64,000 nt of DNA from Acidimicrobiales bacterium (lineage in GTDB: Bacteria > Actinomycetota > Acidimicrobiia > Acidimicrobiales > JBOGIG01). Shown here in pieces: positions 10,205-25,079 of this stretch. The position numbers and the translations under genes are program-made. The first letter of the stretch is position 1. Each line of letters begins with the position of its first letter. Location: the NCBI GenBank assembly GCA_050742455.1, contig JBOGIG010000004.1, positions 96,613 to 160,612 of the forward strand, written 5' to 3'. A model generated the notes under the pieces. It was not told the origin of the DNA. It saw only the letters and a program-made list of their open reading frames with translations, and did no database searches.

Positions 10205-11658
10205 ATGGCCTCGGAGGGTGAGACAGGGGACGGGGCGAGAGTCTCCAGGGCCGCTCCGACTTGGAACATGATTTCCTCGCCCAATGCCGGGGCCATGACC
10301 TGGACCCCCACCGGCATCCCGTCATCCCCCGTGCCGAAGGGGATGCTCATGGCCGGATGGCCGGCCAGGTTCGATGGGATGGTGCACACGTCCGACAGGT
10401 ACATGGCCATGGGGTCGGACACCTTGGCCCCGAAGGCAAAGGCCGTGGTGGGGGCGGTGGGCGAGATCAACACGTCAAAACGGCGGTAGAGCTCATCGAA
10501 GGCCCGGATGATAAGGGTTCGCACTCGCTGGGCCTGCCCGTAGTAGGCGTCGTAGTACCCGGCCGAGAGGGCGTATGTGCCGAGCATTATGCGTCGCTTT
10601 ACCTCAGGCCCGAATCCGGCACTGCGGGTGGCCACGTTCATCTGGGCCACGTCGGCGCCGTCCACCCGCAGCCCGTAGCGCACGCCGTCGTAGCGGGACA
10701 GATTGGAAGACGCTTCGGCAGGGGCGATCAAGTAGTAGGCCGACAAGCCCCAAATAGCCGCCGGCATCGATACTTCCTCCACCTTGGCTCCGGCCCCGGC
10801 CAATAGCTCGCAGGCCTGGCGGGCGCGGCGGGCCACGTCGTCGTCCACCGTCGCCACCAACTCGCTGACCAACCCCACCCTGACGCCGTCCACTCCCCGG
10901 CCCAACACCTCGACCAGGTCGGGAAAGGGCCGGTCCAGGCAGGTCGAGTCGGCCGGGTCGGGACCGGCGATGGAACCGAGCACCGCTGCGGCGTCGGCCA
11001 CATCCGTGGCGATCGGACCGATCTGGTCCAAGGACGAGGCGAAGGCCACCAGGCCATAGCGGGATACCGCCCCGTATGTCGGCTTGACCCCGACGACCCC
11101 GCAAAAGGCGGCCGGCTGGCGAATGGACCCGCCGGTATCCGATCCCAGTGCGACGGGAGTAAGCCCCGCTGCCACGGCTGCGGCGCTGCCGCCACTGGAT
11201 CCTCCCGGCACCCGCTCATGGTCATGGGGGTTGCGGGTGGGGCCGAAGGCAGAGTTCTCAGTGGACGACCCCATGGCGAATTCGTCAAGGTTGGTCTTTC
11301 CCACCATCACCGCACCTGCCTCCGCCAACCGGGCAACAGCGGTGGCGTCATAGGGGGGCCTCCAGCCCTCCAGGATCCTTGACGAGCAGGTGGTAGGGAT
11401 CCCCCTGGTACACATGTTGTCCTTGATCGCCACCGGCACCCCGGCCAGGATGCCGGGGTCCTCACCCGCCGCCACCCGGCGATCCACGGCGTCGGCGGCT
11501 TCCAGGGCCGCCTCGGGGGTCAACAGGTTAAAGGCGTGGATCCCCGATTGGCTCTCGCCGTCGCCGGCCAGGGCGGCCAGCGCCTCCTCAGTCACCGATC
11601 GGGCCGACCGATGGCCGGATCGGACCGATCGGGCAATGTCGAGCGCGGTCATGCCCAT
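10201..11658 (-). CDS. gatA: Asp/Glu-tRNA amidotransferase subunit A (amidase)
   Basis: Amidase signature [14 protein letters not shown]. Start set at Met 11658 (or 11652), just downstream of the gatC stop. The 562-aa track ORF extends through gatC. Confidence 0.95.
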   Translation of the reverse strand: MGMTALDIARSVRSGHRSARSVTEEALAALAGDGESQSGIHAFNLLTPEAALEAADAVDRRVAAGEDPGILAGVPVAIKDNMCTRGIPTTCSSRILEGWRPPYDATAVARLAEAGAVMVGKTNLDEFAMGSSTENSAFGPTRNPHDHERVPGGSSGGSAAAVAAGLTPVALGSDTGGSIRQPAAFCGVVGVKPTYGAVSRYGLVAFASSLDQIGPIATDVADAAAVLGSIAGPDPADSTCLDRPFPDLVEVLGRGVDGVRVGLVSELVATVDDDVARRARQACELLAGAGAKVEEVSMPAAIWGLSAYYLIAPAEASSNLSRYDGVRYGLRVDGADVAQMNVATRSAGFGPEVKRRIMLGTYALSAGYYDAYYGQAQRVRTLIIRAFDELYRRFDVLISPTAPTTAFAFGAKVSDPMAMYLSDVCTIPSNLAGHPAMSIPFGTGDDGMPVGVQVMAPALGEEIMFQVGAALETLAPSPVSPSEAI

Positions 11659-11683
11659 AACGAAGTCGGTAGGACTCGTTGTC

Positions 11684-11986
11684 TCACTGAGGCCCGGCCC
11701 CGATGCGCGGTACGGAAAAGCGGTCGCTCTCCACACAAGGGGCCTGGCCCAACACTTCCGAGCGGTCCAAACCGGGGCGGGGGCGGTCGGCCCGCAGGAC
11801 ATTGTGCACCGGTAGAGGGTGGGCGGTGGGGGTAACGCCGGCGGTGTCGAGACCGGCAACGTCGGCGGCATGATCGAGCACGGCGCCAAGTTGCGCGGCG
11901 TAGATCTCGAGTTCCTCGGGGGGAATGTCCAGGCGAGCCAGCTTGGCCACGTGAGCCACGTCGGCTGCGGTGATCCGAGGCGCCAT
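11684..11986 (-). CDS. gatC: Asp/Glu-tRNA amidotransferase subunit C
   Basis: 100 aa. [35 protein letters not shown] is GatC-like. First gene of the gatCAB order. Confidence 0.9.
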   Translation of the reverse strand: MAPRITAADVAHVAKLARLDIPPEELEIYAAQLGAVLDHAADVAGLDTAGVTPTAHPLPVHNVLRADRPRPGLDRSEVLGQAPCVESDRFSVPRIGAGPQ

Positions 11987-12047
11987 CAGGGTTTACCTAG
12001 GGGACAGGCGGCCGGCGCCGTCAGGGAAGTCACCTCCAGATCGTATG

Positions 12048-12785
12048 TCAGGCCGGCACTGGCTCAAACCGGACCAGCATCTTGTCGATCCTGTCCTGTT
12101 CCAGCACTGTGACGTTGGGGTCCAACCTGCGCACAGCCGCCACCAAGGCCATCACTGCCCGAGCCTCGTCTGAGGCCACCGCCCCCAGGAAACGGCGCAG
12201 GAACAGACCTCGTCCGGCTCCGGCTACAGCCCGATTCAACCAATTGCCGGGAAGCTGTGAGGTGGCCATGATGAGCCAGGTCTGTGCCACATCGGCTCCG
12301 GGAGGACCCGCGCCGGCGTTGGTCCAGTCGATGACCATCGGCCCGGCCTGGGTCATCATGACATTGCCCGGATGCAGGTCGAGATGCAACAGGGCATCAC
12401 CGGGACCGAAGGGCCGAGGCATGCCGGGTGGGGCCGGAATGTGACTCAGCTGCTCGTGGAGACGAGCCAGGATTCGAGGCAGGGCGCCGATCTCCCACGG
12501 CCTGGACCCGACCCGATCGAGCATCGTCGGGCCGTGAACGAATTCCATGACCATATCGGTGCCCTCCTGGGCCACGACCTGGGGAACGGGAAAGCCATGG
12601 CTACGGGCGTAGATCATGACCTCGGCCTCCCGCTTGACCAGTTCCTGGACCCGGGGATCTTGGGGCTCGTTGGTGCGGAATCGACGCAGAACGTGGTCAG
12701 CCCCGTACTGGTAGACGTCAGCGCTGCGCCCCGATCCGACCAATGGTCCGACCCGCCCAGGGTCAGGGACTTCGAAGTCAGTCAT
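12048..12785 (-). CDS. Phosphotransferase (aminoglycoside/choline-kinase-like, APH family) protein
   Basis: 245 aa. Brenner-type catalytic loop LHLDLHPGNVMM followed by VIDWTNAG. Confidence 0.8.
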   Translation of the reverse strand: MTDFEVPDPGRVGPLVGSGRSADVYQYGADHVLRRFRTNEPQDPRVQELVKREAEVMIYARSHGFPVPQVVAQEGTDMVMEFVHGPTMLDRVGSRPWEIGALPRILARLHEQLSHIPAPPGMPRPFGPGDALLHLDLHPGNVMMTQAGPMVIDWTNAGAGPPGADVAQTWLIMATSQLPGNWLNRAVAGAGRGLFLRRFLGAVASDEARAVMALVAAVRRLDPNVTVLEQDRIDKMLVRFEPVPA

Positions 12786-12793
12786 CGGCGCCG

Positions 12794-13240
12794 CTACCAG
12801 GCGTAGCCGGCCCGACGGACCAACTCACGGGAGTACTTGACCCGGGCTGCGGTGTATATAAGGACGTCGGAATCGTCCCCACCGATGTCCCCGTACTGCG
12901 AAGCGGAAACAGCCAGATCCTCCCACCCCGCTCCTGGGCCCGAAGGCTGCGGAAGGCCCAGGTTCACCCAAGCGCGCTGCGACCGTTCCTGACGGCGGGC
13001 CAGGCGACTGCGCCCGAGCACCACGGACGGCATCGAACCCACCAGCGCCGTGAAAGACGCCCTGGTGCTCACCCCAATGCTGGGTTGGACCAGGCGAAAT
13101 AGGGACTCAGGGGTCGGATGCGAGCTGACCACGGCGCGGCGCACCGGCGGAGGGGCGGGGCGCCCGCGGGCGCCCGGAACGGTCAGAGGTCTGGCTCGGC
13201 GGCGTCTAGCCGCCCCTTCACCCCCCTGGGTAGATGCCAC
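12794..13240 (-). CDS. Hypothetical protein
   Basis: 148-aa ORF tightly packed between the hydrolase and the phosphotransferase. In a 60-nt sample, GC by codon position was pos1 70%, pos2 55%, pos3 75%, which is coding-like. No motif recognised and the start is uncertain. Confidence 0.4.
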   Translation of the reverse strand: MASTQGGEGAARRRRARPLTVPGARGRPAPPPVRRAVVSSHPTPESLFRLVQPSIGVSTRASFTALVGSMPSVVLGRSRLARRQERSQRAWVNLGLPQPSGPGAGWEDLAVSASQYGDIGGDDSDVLIYTAARVKYSRELVRRAGYAW

Positions 13241-13243
13241 CCG

Positions 13244-14020
13244 TCATTCATTCACCAGGGCGGCGCTCCGTTCCTGCCCGGACAGGTACCGGTTCACAAA
13301 GTCCAGGGCGCCGTCCTCGATGACCTGGCGATCAAAATCCAGGGTGGCCACGTGGAAGCTGCGATCCAGCCAGACGCGCTCGACCGATGTTCCGGCCGAT
13401 TGCACCAGGAGGTCCCCCGATTCGCTGGGTACAACGTGGTCCTGGCGGCTGGAAAACAACAGGATCGGACAGGCGATCGACCCCAGGTCAGCACTGAACG
13501 ACTCAACTCCCTCGAACAGCGACAGCAAGGCCCTGAGAGGAGTCTCGGGATAGGCCGACTCGACCACCCCCGGGAAGGCAATGTCGGAGCCGATTCCGGG
13601 GAAGACCTGGGTGCCCGAGGCCAGCGTCTCTCGCACCACCCTGCGGAACTCCTCATGCGGAACCTGTACCAGGGGGTTCACCAGGACCAGGCAGGCAATC
13701 TCGGGATGCCTGATGGCCAGCGCACAGGCCAGTGACCCCCCCATGGACAGACCGGCCACCGCCACCCGAGCACAGCGCGAGGCCAGATGGGCAAGGGCCT
13801 GCTCCGCCGCCCCGAGCCAGTCGCCCCAGCCCAGATCGATCATGTCTGCTACTTCGGTGCCGTGCCCGGGCAGCAGCGGCAACTCCACGCCGTAACCGGC
13901 GCCGGCCAAGGCTTTGGCCAATCCCCTCATTGATCCGGGATTGCCGGTGAAACCGTGCAGGACCAGCACTCCGAGCGGGCCGGCATCCGCCGAGTATGGT
14001 TCGGCTCCCTTGATTATCAT
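13244..14020 (-). CDS. Alpha/beta hydrolase (carboxylesterase / monoacylglycerol-lipase-like)
   Basis: HGFTGNPGSM and nucleophile elbow GLSMGG. Start set at ATG 14020 (MIIKGAEPY), which forms an ATGA overlap with the ferredoxin stop. Confidence 0.85.
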   Translation of the reverse strand: MIIKGAEPYSADAGPLGVLVLHGFTGNPGSMRGLAKALAGAGYGVELPLLPGHGTEVADMIDLGWGDWLGAAEQALAHLASRCARVAVAGLSMGGSLACALAIRHPEIACLVLVNPLVQVPHEEFRRVVRETLASGTQVFPGIGSDIAFPGVVESAYPETPLRALLSLFEGVESFSADLGSIACPILLFSSRQDHVVPSESGDLLVQSAGTSVERVWLDRSFHVATLDFDRQVIEDGALDFVNRYLSGQERSAALVNE

Positions 14021-14400
14021 TTGTAGGGGTCCTCCGGACCGAGTGGCTCGGACCACCAATCCTCGGAAGCCGGCGTCCAACTCGGGTCCTCGTAGATGCA
14101 GTCGACCGGACAAGGATCGAGACACTTGGCGCATCCCGAGCACAGTTCGGGAACGATGATCACGTCAATCCCGTGGTTGAAGATGGCCCCGAACTGGGGC
14201 GGACAATGGCGGAGGCACGTGTCGCAGTTGATGCACTCGGACATCTCTATACGGAACGGAGCGTTCTTCCACTTGGGATTGCGCTCGTGGGTCTCGATGC
14301 GCTCGAGACGAGCCGATCCGACAGGCATTGGGCCATGATATCCAATGCCTCGCCCCGGAATGGTCCGGGGGCGCTGGGCTATGTACTGTCTGGTGGACAA
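14017..14400 (-). CDS. 2x[4Fe-4S] ferredoxin
   Basis: Two cluster motifs, CINCDTCLRHCP and CSGCAKCLDPCP. The start could instead be the internal Met (MPVGSARLE). Confidence 0.85.
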   Translation of the reverse strand: MSTRQYIAQRPRTIPGRGIGYHGPMPVGSARLERIETHERNPKWKNAPFRIEMSECINCDTCLRHCPPQFGAIFNHGIDVIIVPELCSGCAKCLDPCPVDCIYEDPSWTPASEDWWSEPLGPEDPYK

Positions 14401-14453
14401 ATGCCCAGGACCTCTCGAATGGGCCCAAATTCAATGACCACAAGGGAGCTGAG

Positions 14454-14861
14454 ATGGCCAAGTACCCGTTTCTAAGTGACGAATGGATTGCCGAGGCGCG
14501 CAAGCTACGCGAGGAGTTCCGGGGCAATGCCACGCCCCCGGCCCACATGGTCAAGATGAACCAGGTGATCACCGAGGTTCCCTTCGGCTCGGGAACCATC
14601 GACGCCCACATGGACACCACCTCGGGGGAGATGGAGCTGGAATTGGGACACATGGAAGGGGCGGACCTCAAGGTCACTCTCGACTACGGCACGGCCAAGG
14701 CCATATTCATCGAGGGCAACGCCCAGGCCGGAATGCAGGCCTTCATGGCGGGAAGGATCAAGGTGGAGGGCGACATGGCCAAGCTCATGGCCATGCAGGC
14801 GAGCGGAGCGGACCCCGCCGCGGCGGAGATGTCGGCGCGTATCCAAGAGATCACCGAGTAG
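14454..14861 (+). CDS. SCP2 sterol-binding domain protein
   Basis: Start at ATG 14454 (MAKYPFLSDEW) with AAGGGAG upstream. C-terminal MQAFMAGRIKVEGDMAKLMAM is SCP2-like. Confidence 0.8.
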   Translation: MAKYPFLSDEWIAEARKLREEFRGNATPPAHMVKMNQVITEVPFGSGTIDAHMDTTSGEMELELGHMEGADLKVTLDYGTAKAIFIEGNAQAGMQAFMAGRIKVEGDMAKLMAMQASGADPAAAEMSARIQEITE

Positions 14862-16452
14862 CACCCTCCTCGACCTGGCCGACTGCGGCAGCAACCTCGA
14901 GCATGGCCGGATCGGACTTGCGGTCGGCGCTGCGTACAAACAGGGCACAGAGTACGGCCAGGCATGCCACTGCCGCCCCCACCAGGTAGGCATGGCGAAA
15001 TGAGCCCAGCATCCCGGATCGCCCGACCCCTCCCACCTGCACGGTAGACATGATCTGGATCCCGGCCACCACGCCGATCTGGGTCATGAATTGTTGAGCT
15101 GCGCTGGCAATCCCGAGGTCGGCTCGGGCGACGGCGTTGGCCACGCTGGCCGCCACCGAGGGAGAGGCCAGGCCCAGTCCCACGCCGGACAGGGCCAGGG
15201 CCGACTCGATGACCACGATGGGAGAGCCATGGCCCAGTAAGCCGAACATCACCATCGACGCCACCACCGCCAGCCCCCCGGCCACGGCAGCAGACCTCTC
15301 TCCGATGCGCACGGCCATATAACCGGCCACCGGAGCCATGATGGAAAAGGCCAGGGGACGAGCTATAACCAAAAAGCCCGCTTTAGACTCGGAGAACCCG
15401 TAGGCCTTCTCCAACAACAACGGGGCGAGGATGAACCCTCCCATATAGGCAAAGTTGGCAAACACCTGCGTCCCGATAGGAAAGGCAAAGTTGCGCTCGC
15501 GCAGGTAATGGAGAGGTATCAACGGCGCCGTGCTACGCCGTTCGACTCGCACAAAGCACACCATGGCTATCGGACTGAGTGCCAGGGCGATCAAAACGGC
15601 AGGGCTCGACCAACCGAGTACCGGGCCTCGGTTCAGACCGAAGAGCATGGCGGCCACGGCCACGGTGACCCAGGCCACGCCGGGCCAGTCCAGCTTGCGG
15701 GACCGTGCAGCGGCGACCTCTTCTATCGCGTCGGGATCACCGTCTTGGGCCGAGTCACGCAGATCGTGGGCACGACGGGGCAGGATGAGGGCGGCCAGCA
15801 CCAGGGCTGAAAGGCTGAAGGGAATCTGGCCCAGGAACAGCCAGCGCCACCCGAAGGCCTGGATGATCGGCGCCCCCAGCACCACGCCTATTACCGGGCC
15901 GCCGGCGCCGACCAGGGACCAGAATCCCATGGCCTTGACCCGGTCTCCCTTGTCGAAGACCCGCAAGATGAGGGCCATCGAAGCCGCTCCGGTGGCCGCC
16001 CCTTCCAGACCCTCCAGGGTCCGGGCGGCTATCAGTGTTGTCGCATTGGGCGCGGCGGCGGACAGAGCGGCGCACACCACACCTCCGAGCAGGCCCAGCA
16101 GGTAAAGACGTCGATGACCCCACAGGTCACCCGCCTTGCCGAGCAGCGGGGCGGCGATGCCGAAGGAGAGCAGCGGTCCGGTGACGACCCAGGTAAGAGT
16201 GGCCTCGCTCGTGTGGAATTGTTGGGCCACCCGGGGAAGAGCAACCACGAACACCGTGAAGGTGACGTCAATGGAGAACAGGCCCGCCAGCACCGTCCAC
16301 AGAACCCACCATCGGTAGCGGTTGGAGCTGGTGACCTTGCGGGCCATGCGATCCCTGATGAGGAGCGGCCAGGGCACAACCACCACTTCGTCGCCGCCGG
16401 CCGCTCCCAGAGTGAAGTCGTCGTGGTCGAATCCAGGTTGTCGATCGCTCAT
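14851..16452 (-). CDS. MFS transporter (14-TMS drug:H+ antiporter-like)
   Basis: Many hydrophobic segments. The MFS motif LGKAGDLWGHRRLYL lies after TM2. Start set at ATG 16452. The 3' end overlaps the convergent SCP2 gene by 11 nt. Confidence 0.9.
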   Translation of the reverse strand: MSDRQPGFDHDDFTLGAAGGDEVVVVPWPLLIRDRMARKVTSSNRYRWWVLWTVLAGLFSIDVTFTVFVVALPRVAQQFHTSEATLTWVVTGPLLSFGIAAPLLGKAGDLWGHRRLYLLGLLGGVVCAALSAAAPNATTLIAARTLEGLEGAATGAASMALILRVFDKGDRVKAMGFWSLVGAGGPVIGVVLGAPIIQAFGWRWLFLGQIPFSLSALVLAALILPRRAHDLRDSAQDGDPDAIEEVAAARSRKLDWPGVAWVTVAVAAMLFGLNRGPVLGWSSPAVLIALALSPIAMVCFVRVERRSTAPLIPLHYLRERNFAFPIGTQVFANFAYMGGFILAPLLLEKAYGFSESKAGFLVIARPLAFSIMAPVAGYMAVRIGERSAAVAGGLAVVASMVMFGLLGHGSPIVVIESALALSGVGLGLASPSVAASVANAVARADLGIASAAQQFMTQIGVVAGIQIMSTVQVGGVGRSGMLGSFRHAYLVGAAVACLAVLCALFVRSADRKSDPAMLEVAAAVGQVEEGATR

Positions 16453-16475
16453 GGTGCTATCGGGCCAGAAGGTAG

Positions 16476-16552
16476 ACAGGACCCAAGGGGGCGGCGGCAC
16501 CGGCGGTGGCTGGGGAACACCGCCTCAGCAACGCCACCCCCTAGGGTCCTGT
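16476..16552. other. Nested GC-rich inverted repeat in the MFS upstream / SDR downstream spacer
   Basis: Outer arms acaggacccaaggggg (16476-16491) and ccccctagggtcctgt (16537-16552) pair at 15 of 16 positions. Inner stem is ggcggtg (16502-16508) / caccgcc (16518-16524). Confidence 0.35.
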
Positions 16553-16673
16553 TGCACTTCAAACTATATCCGCTCGACCGCGCCGGCGAGTGGAAACGAC
16601 TTCACTGGCGAATATTTCGAGGTGAGGCCGGGTCTAAGTCTGAACCAGGTGACCAATCGGAGGTGACGGCCCC

Positions 16674-17564
16674 TTAAGCCGTGGCCAGGCCCAGCAACTT
16701 GGGCACCTCCTTGGCCAGGTCACCTACGCTCCAGCGATCGTCCTGGTCAATGGATTCGGTGAGGGTCCAGGGCTGGAAATACTGGACCTTGCCCCCCTGG
16801 ACAAAGAACACCTTGCCGTTGGCCGGGCAGTCGGCGGTGGACAGGTAAGCCACCAGCGGCGAAATATTGGCCGGATCCCACACATCGAACTTCCCCGGGT
16901 CACTTGGGGCCTGAACGATGTCACCCAGTCCCGGCGTGGCCTCGGTCATTCGAGTACGTGCCGCCGGGGCGATGGCGTTGACCCGAACTCCATAACGCTT
17001 CAACTCGTCGGCGGCGATGGTGGTGAAGGCGGCGATCCCGGCCTTGGCCGCCCCGTAGTTGGTCTGACCCGGATTGCCCAGAAGACCGGACGTGGAAGAC
17101 GTGTTGACGACGGCGGCGTTTACCGTCTTTCCTGCCTTGGTCTGTTCCCGCCAGTAAGCCGCTGCCCAACGGGTCGGCACAAAATGTCCCTTGAGATGGA
17201 CGTGAATAACCGAGTCCCACTCCTGTTCGGTCATATTGATGAGCACCCGGTCCCTCAGGATGCCGGCGTTGTTCACCAGCACATGCAGGTCCCCGAAGGC
17301 CTCGATGGCCGAGTTGATAAGGCGCTGGCCCCCTTCCCAGTCGGCCACGTTGTCAGCGTTTGCCACCGCTTCGCCGCCCGCCGCCTTTATCTCATCCACC
17401 ACCTGCTGAGCAGGGCTACGGTCGTCCCCCGAGCCATCGATTGCGCCGCCCAGGTCGTTGACCACGACCTTGGCCCCCTCGCCGGCAAACAGCAAGGCGT
17501 GCTCACGGCCTATTCCGCGGCCTGCTCCGGTGATGATTGCTACCCGTCCATCTAGCTCACCCAT
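16674..17564 (-). CDS. Short-chain dehydrogenase/reductase (SDR)
   Basis: TGAGRGIG cofactor motif, NNAG, and catalytic YGAAK. Confidence 0.92.
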   Translation of the reverse strand: MGELDGRVAIITGAGRGIGREHALLFAGEGAKVVVNDLGGAIDGSGDDRSPAQQVVDEIKAAGGEAVANADNVADWEGGQRLINSAIEAFGDLHVLVNNAGILRDRVLINMTEQEWDSVIHVHLKGHFVPTRWAAAYWREQTKAGKTVNAAVVNTSSTSGLLGNPGQTNYGAAKAGIAAFTTIAADELKRYGVRVNAIAPAARTRMTEATPGLGDIVQAPSDPGKFDVWDPANISPLVAYLSTADCPANGKVFFVQGGKVQYFQPWTLTESIDQDDRWSVGDLAKEVPKLLGLATA

Positions 17565-17667
17565 GTGATATTCCTTTCGCCGGCGCCTTCACCGAACCAT
17601 GGCAGGCACTTGACCCGCCGGTCAAGCCGGCCCGGCAGCCAAGCCCGGTCGTCGACCGGATGGTCGG

Positions 17668-17688
17668 GAATCAGATGACGTAGAGGAA

Positions 17689-17703
<15 letters not shown>
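17668..17703. repeat. Perfect 18-bp tandem duplication spanning the kinase stop codon
   Basis: gaatcagatgacgtagag x2 (17668-17685 and 17686-17703). In gene orientation it reads ...LYVI* F LYVI*. Confidence 0.9.
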
Positions 17704-19752
<2,049 letters not shown>

Positions 19753-19761
19753 GGTGCCAGG

Positions 19762-23057
<3,296 letters not shown>

Positions 23058-23106
23058 GCGAGGGTCTCCCGGCGACCAGCCTTTGGCGCCGGGGGTGCCA
23101 CGCCCG

Positions 23107-24249
23107 TCACGATCGGGCCCGTAGGGTCGACACGGCTTGGGGGATGACGCTCAGCGCCAGGTCGATCTCAGCCTCGGTGGTGTTGGCTCCCAAGCTCAGG
23201 CGCAGGCTGGACATGGCCTGCGAAGGGGATATTCCCATGGCCACCAGCACGTGGCTCGGGTCCAGTGCCCCACTGGCACAGGCCGACCCGGCCGAAGCGC
23301 AAATGCCCGCCTCATCCAGGACAACGAGCAATTCCTCGCTCTGAATGCCGTCGAAGCGCAGGTGGGCATGTCCTGAGGTCTTGAAGGCCCGGTCGCCGGT
23401 CTCGATCGAATCGGGGACCCGGGCGAGGAGGCCATCCACCAACCGATCCCGCTGGGCTCGCACCCTCCTTATCGTCTCGGTCCTGGTCTCCACCGTGGCC
23501 TGGGCTGCCGCCGCCATGCCCAGGATGCCCGCCACGTTGTGAGTCCCACTGCGCCGGTCCCGCTCCTGCCCGCCCCCCTTGTGCAGAGGCACCAGCCTGA
23601 CTCCGTCGCGCACCACCAGGGCACCCGCTCCTTGGGGACCCCCGAACTTGTGGGCGCTGACCGACACCAATTGGGCCGGGGAGGCCAATTGGGCCACGTC
23701 CATCCAGGGGAAAGCCTGAACGGCATCGGTGTGCAGTACCGCCCGGGGAGCCAGGCGGCGAACCACTCGGGCCACCTCGGCCAGTGGTTGGATGATGCCT
23801 GTCTCGTTGTTGGCCAACATCACCGAAACCACCGCCACTTCCTCGCCGCCGGCGGCCACATCGCACAACGTGGCGGCCAGAGCGTCGAGGTCGATCAGCC
23901 CATCCAAACCCACCGGTGACACGCGACCCTTGCGGTCCTCGACCACACCCAAGACGGCGTGATGCTCCACTGAGGAACACACAGGCACTCCGCCCCGTTG
24001 ATCGCACACCCCGGAAAGGGCCAGGTTGTCGGACTCAGTCCCTCCCGAAGTGAAGATCACCTCTCCCGGGTGAGCCCCCAAAGCTCGGGCCAGCGTCTGG
24101 CGACCTTCCTCGACCGCCTGGCGGGCCAGGCGGGAAACCGAATGCGAGCCCGAGGAGTTTCCGTAGTGACCCTCCAGCCAGCCCACCATGGCCCGGACGG
24201 CCTCCGGTCGCAGCGGAGTCGTGGCGGCATTGTCGAAGTAGGCAACCAT
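23107..24249 (-). CDS. iscS: Cysteine desulfurase (class V aminotransferase, IscS/NifS-like)
   Basis: YFDNAATTP, PLP-lysine motif SAHKFGGPQG, and active-site Cys loop SAGSACAS. Start set at Met 24249 (MVAYFDN). Confidence 0.92.
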   Translation of the reverse strand: MVAYFDNAATTPLRPEAVRAMVGWLEGHYGNSSGSHSVSRLARQAVEEGRQTLARALGAHPGEVIFTSGGTESDNLALSGVCDQRGGVPVCSSVEHHAVLGVVEDRKGRVSPVGLDGLIDLDALAATLCDVAAGGEEVAVVSVMLANNETGIIQPLAEVARVVRRLAPRAVLHTDAVQAFPWMDVAQLASPAQLVSVSAHKFGGPQGAGALVVRDGVRLVPLHKGGGQERDRRSGTHNVAGILGMAAAAQATVETRTETIRRVRAQRDRLVDGLLARVPDSIETGDRAFKTSGHAHLRFDGIQSEELLVVLDEAGICASAGSACASGALDPSHVLVAMGISPSQAMSSLRLSLGANTTEAEIDLALSVIPQAVSTLRARS

Positions 24250-24357
24250 CTCACCAACAAGGCTAATGGCCACCCCAGGGGCCGGGGACCTGATCAGGCG
24301 CCCACCGGTCATTGGCCGGCCCCGCCCAGGGGATCCGGGCAGGGTGCACATGGCAGG

Positions 24358-24921
24358 TCAGGGCTTGGCCACCATGAGGAAGAAGGCCCCCACGTAGATC
24401 AGATCCACCACGGCCACCGCCCTCGACAACCGGGTGGCCATCTGGGGCAGTACTCCGATATCGGCCGAACCGACGGACTGGGGGGATCGAGCCAGGTCGG
24501 CCAGCAGGCCCTGAAGGCAGGCCTCCCCGGGCCACACAACCCACTCCAATATGGCGGCGGCCAGCACGAAAAGAACCAGTCCGGACCAAACCCAGGGGTC
24601 CTTGAGGCTATATGCCGACGAACTCGTGGCCAATAGGGCGAAGCCAAGAAGGGGCACAAGCCACACCGAGCGGGCCACCAGATTGGGCCCGGGCCGGAAA
24701 AAGGCCACCACTCCGGCCCCGAGCCCCTCGCCAGCCGATCCAGCCGATCCAGCCGATCCAGCCGATCCAGCCGAAGAACTAACCTGCCTACCTTGCCTGC
24801 CTGCTGAAGCGGCGTATTGGCCGGTGACGGCCACCGCACCGAAGCCGAGGATACCGGCCACCACATGGGCGATCAGGATTACCTCGTAGGCGACCGACGA
24901 CGTTCCGAGGGCCCCAGTCAC
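24358..24921 (-). CDS. Integral membrane protein (4 predicted hydrophobic segments), function unknown
   Basis: 187 aa with hydrophobic helices and a loop containing (SAG)n. Confidence 0.6.
   Translation of the reverse strand: MTGALGTSSVAYEVILIAHVVAGILGFGAVAVTGQYAASAGRQGRQVSSSAGSAGSAGSAGSAGEGLGAGVVAFFRPGPNLVARSVWLVPLLGFALLATSSSAYSLKDPWVWSGLVLFVLAAAILEWVVWPGEACLQGLLADLARSPQSVGSADIGVLPQMATRLSRAVAVVDLIYVGAFFLMVAKP
24733..24773. repeat. 9-bp tandem repeat x4 plus a partial unit inside the membrane-protein gene (encodes SAGSAGSAGSAG)
   Basis: agccgatcc x4 (24733-24768), then agccg. Confidence 0.9.
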
Positions 24922-25079
24922 AGTCTTGGCCCCGACTTGGTCAATTGGGATTCAACTGGCCACAAAATGGGTAAAAGTCCTGGTGTCACCGCGTGGGCGC
25001 AATGTGGCGCTAACTTTGAGGACAAATGGAAGATGCCATCAGGCTACGCGGAAGAATTCGGCCAGGTGAGGTCGACTAG

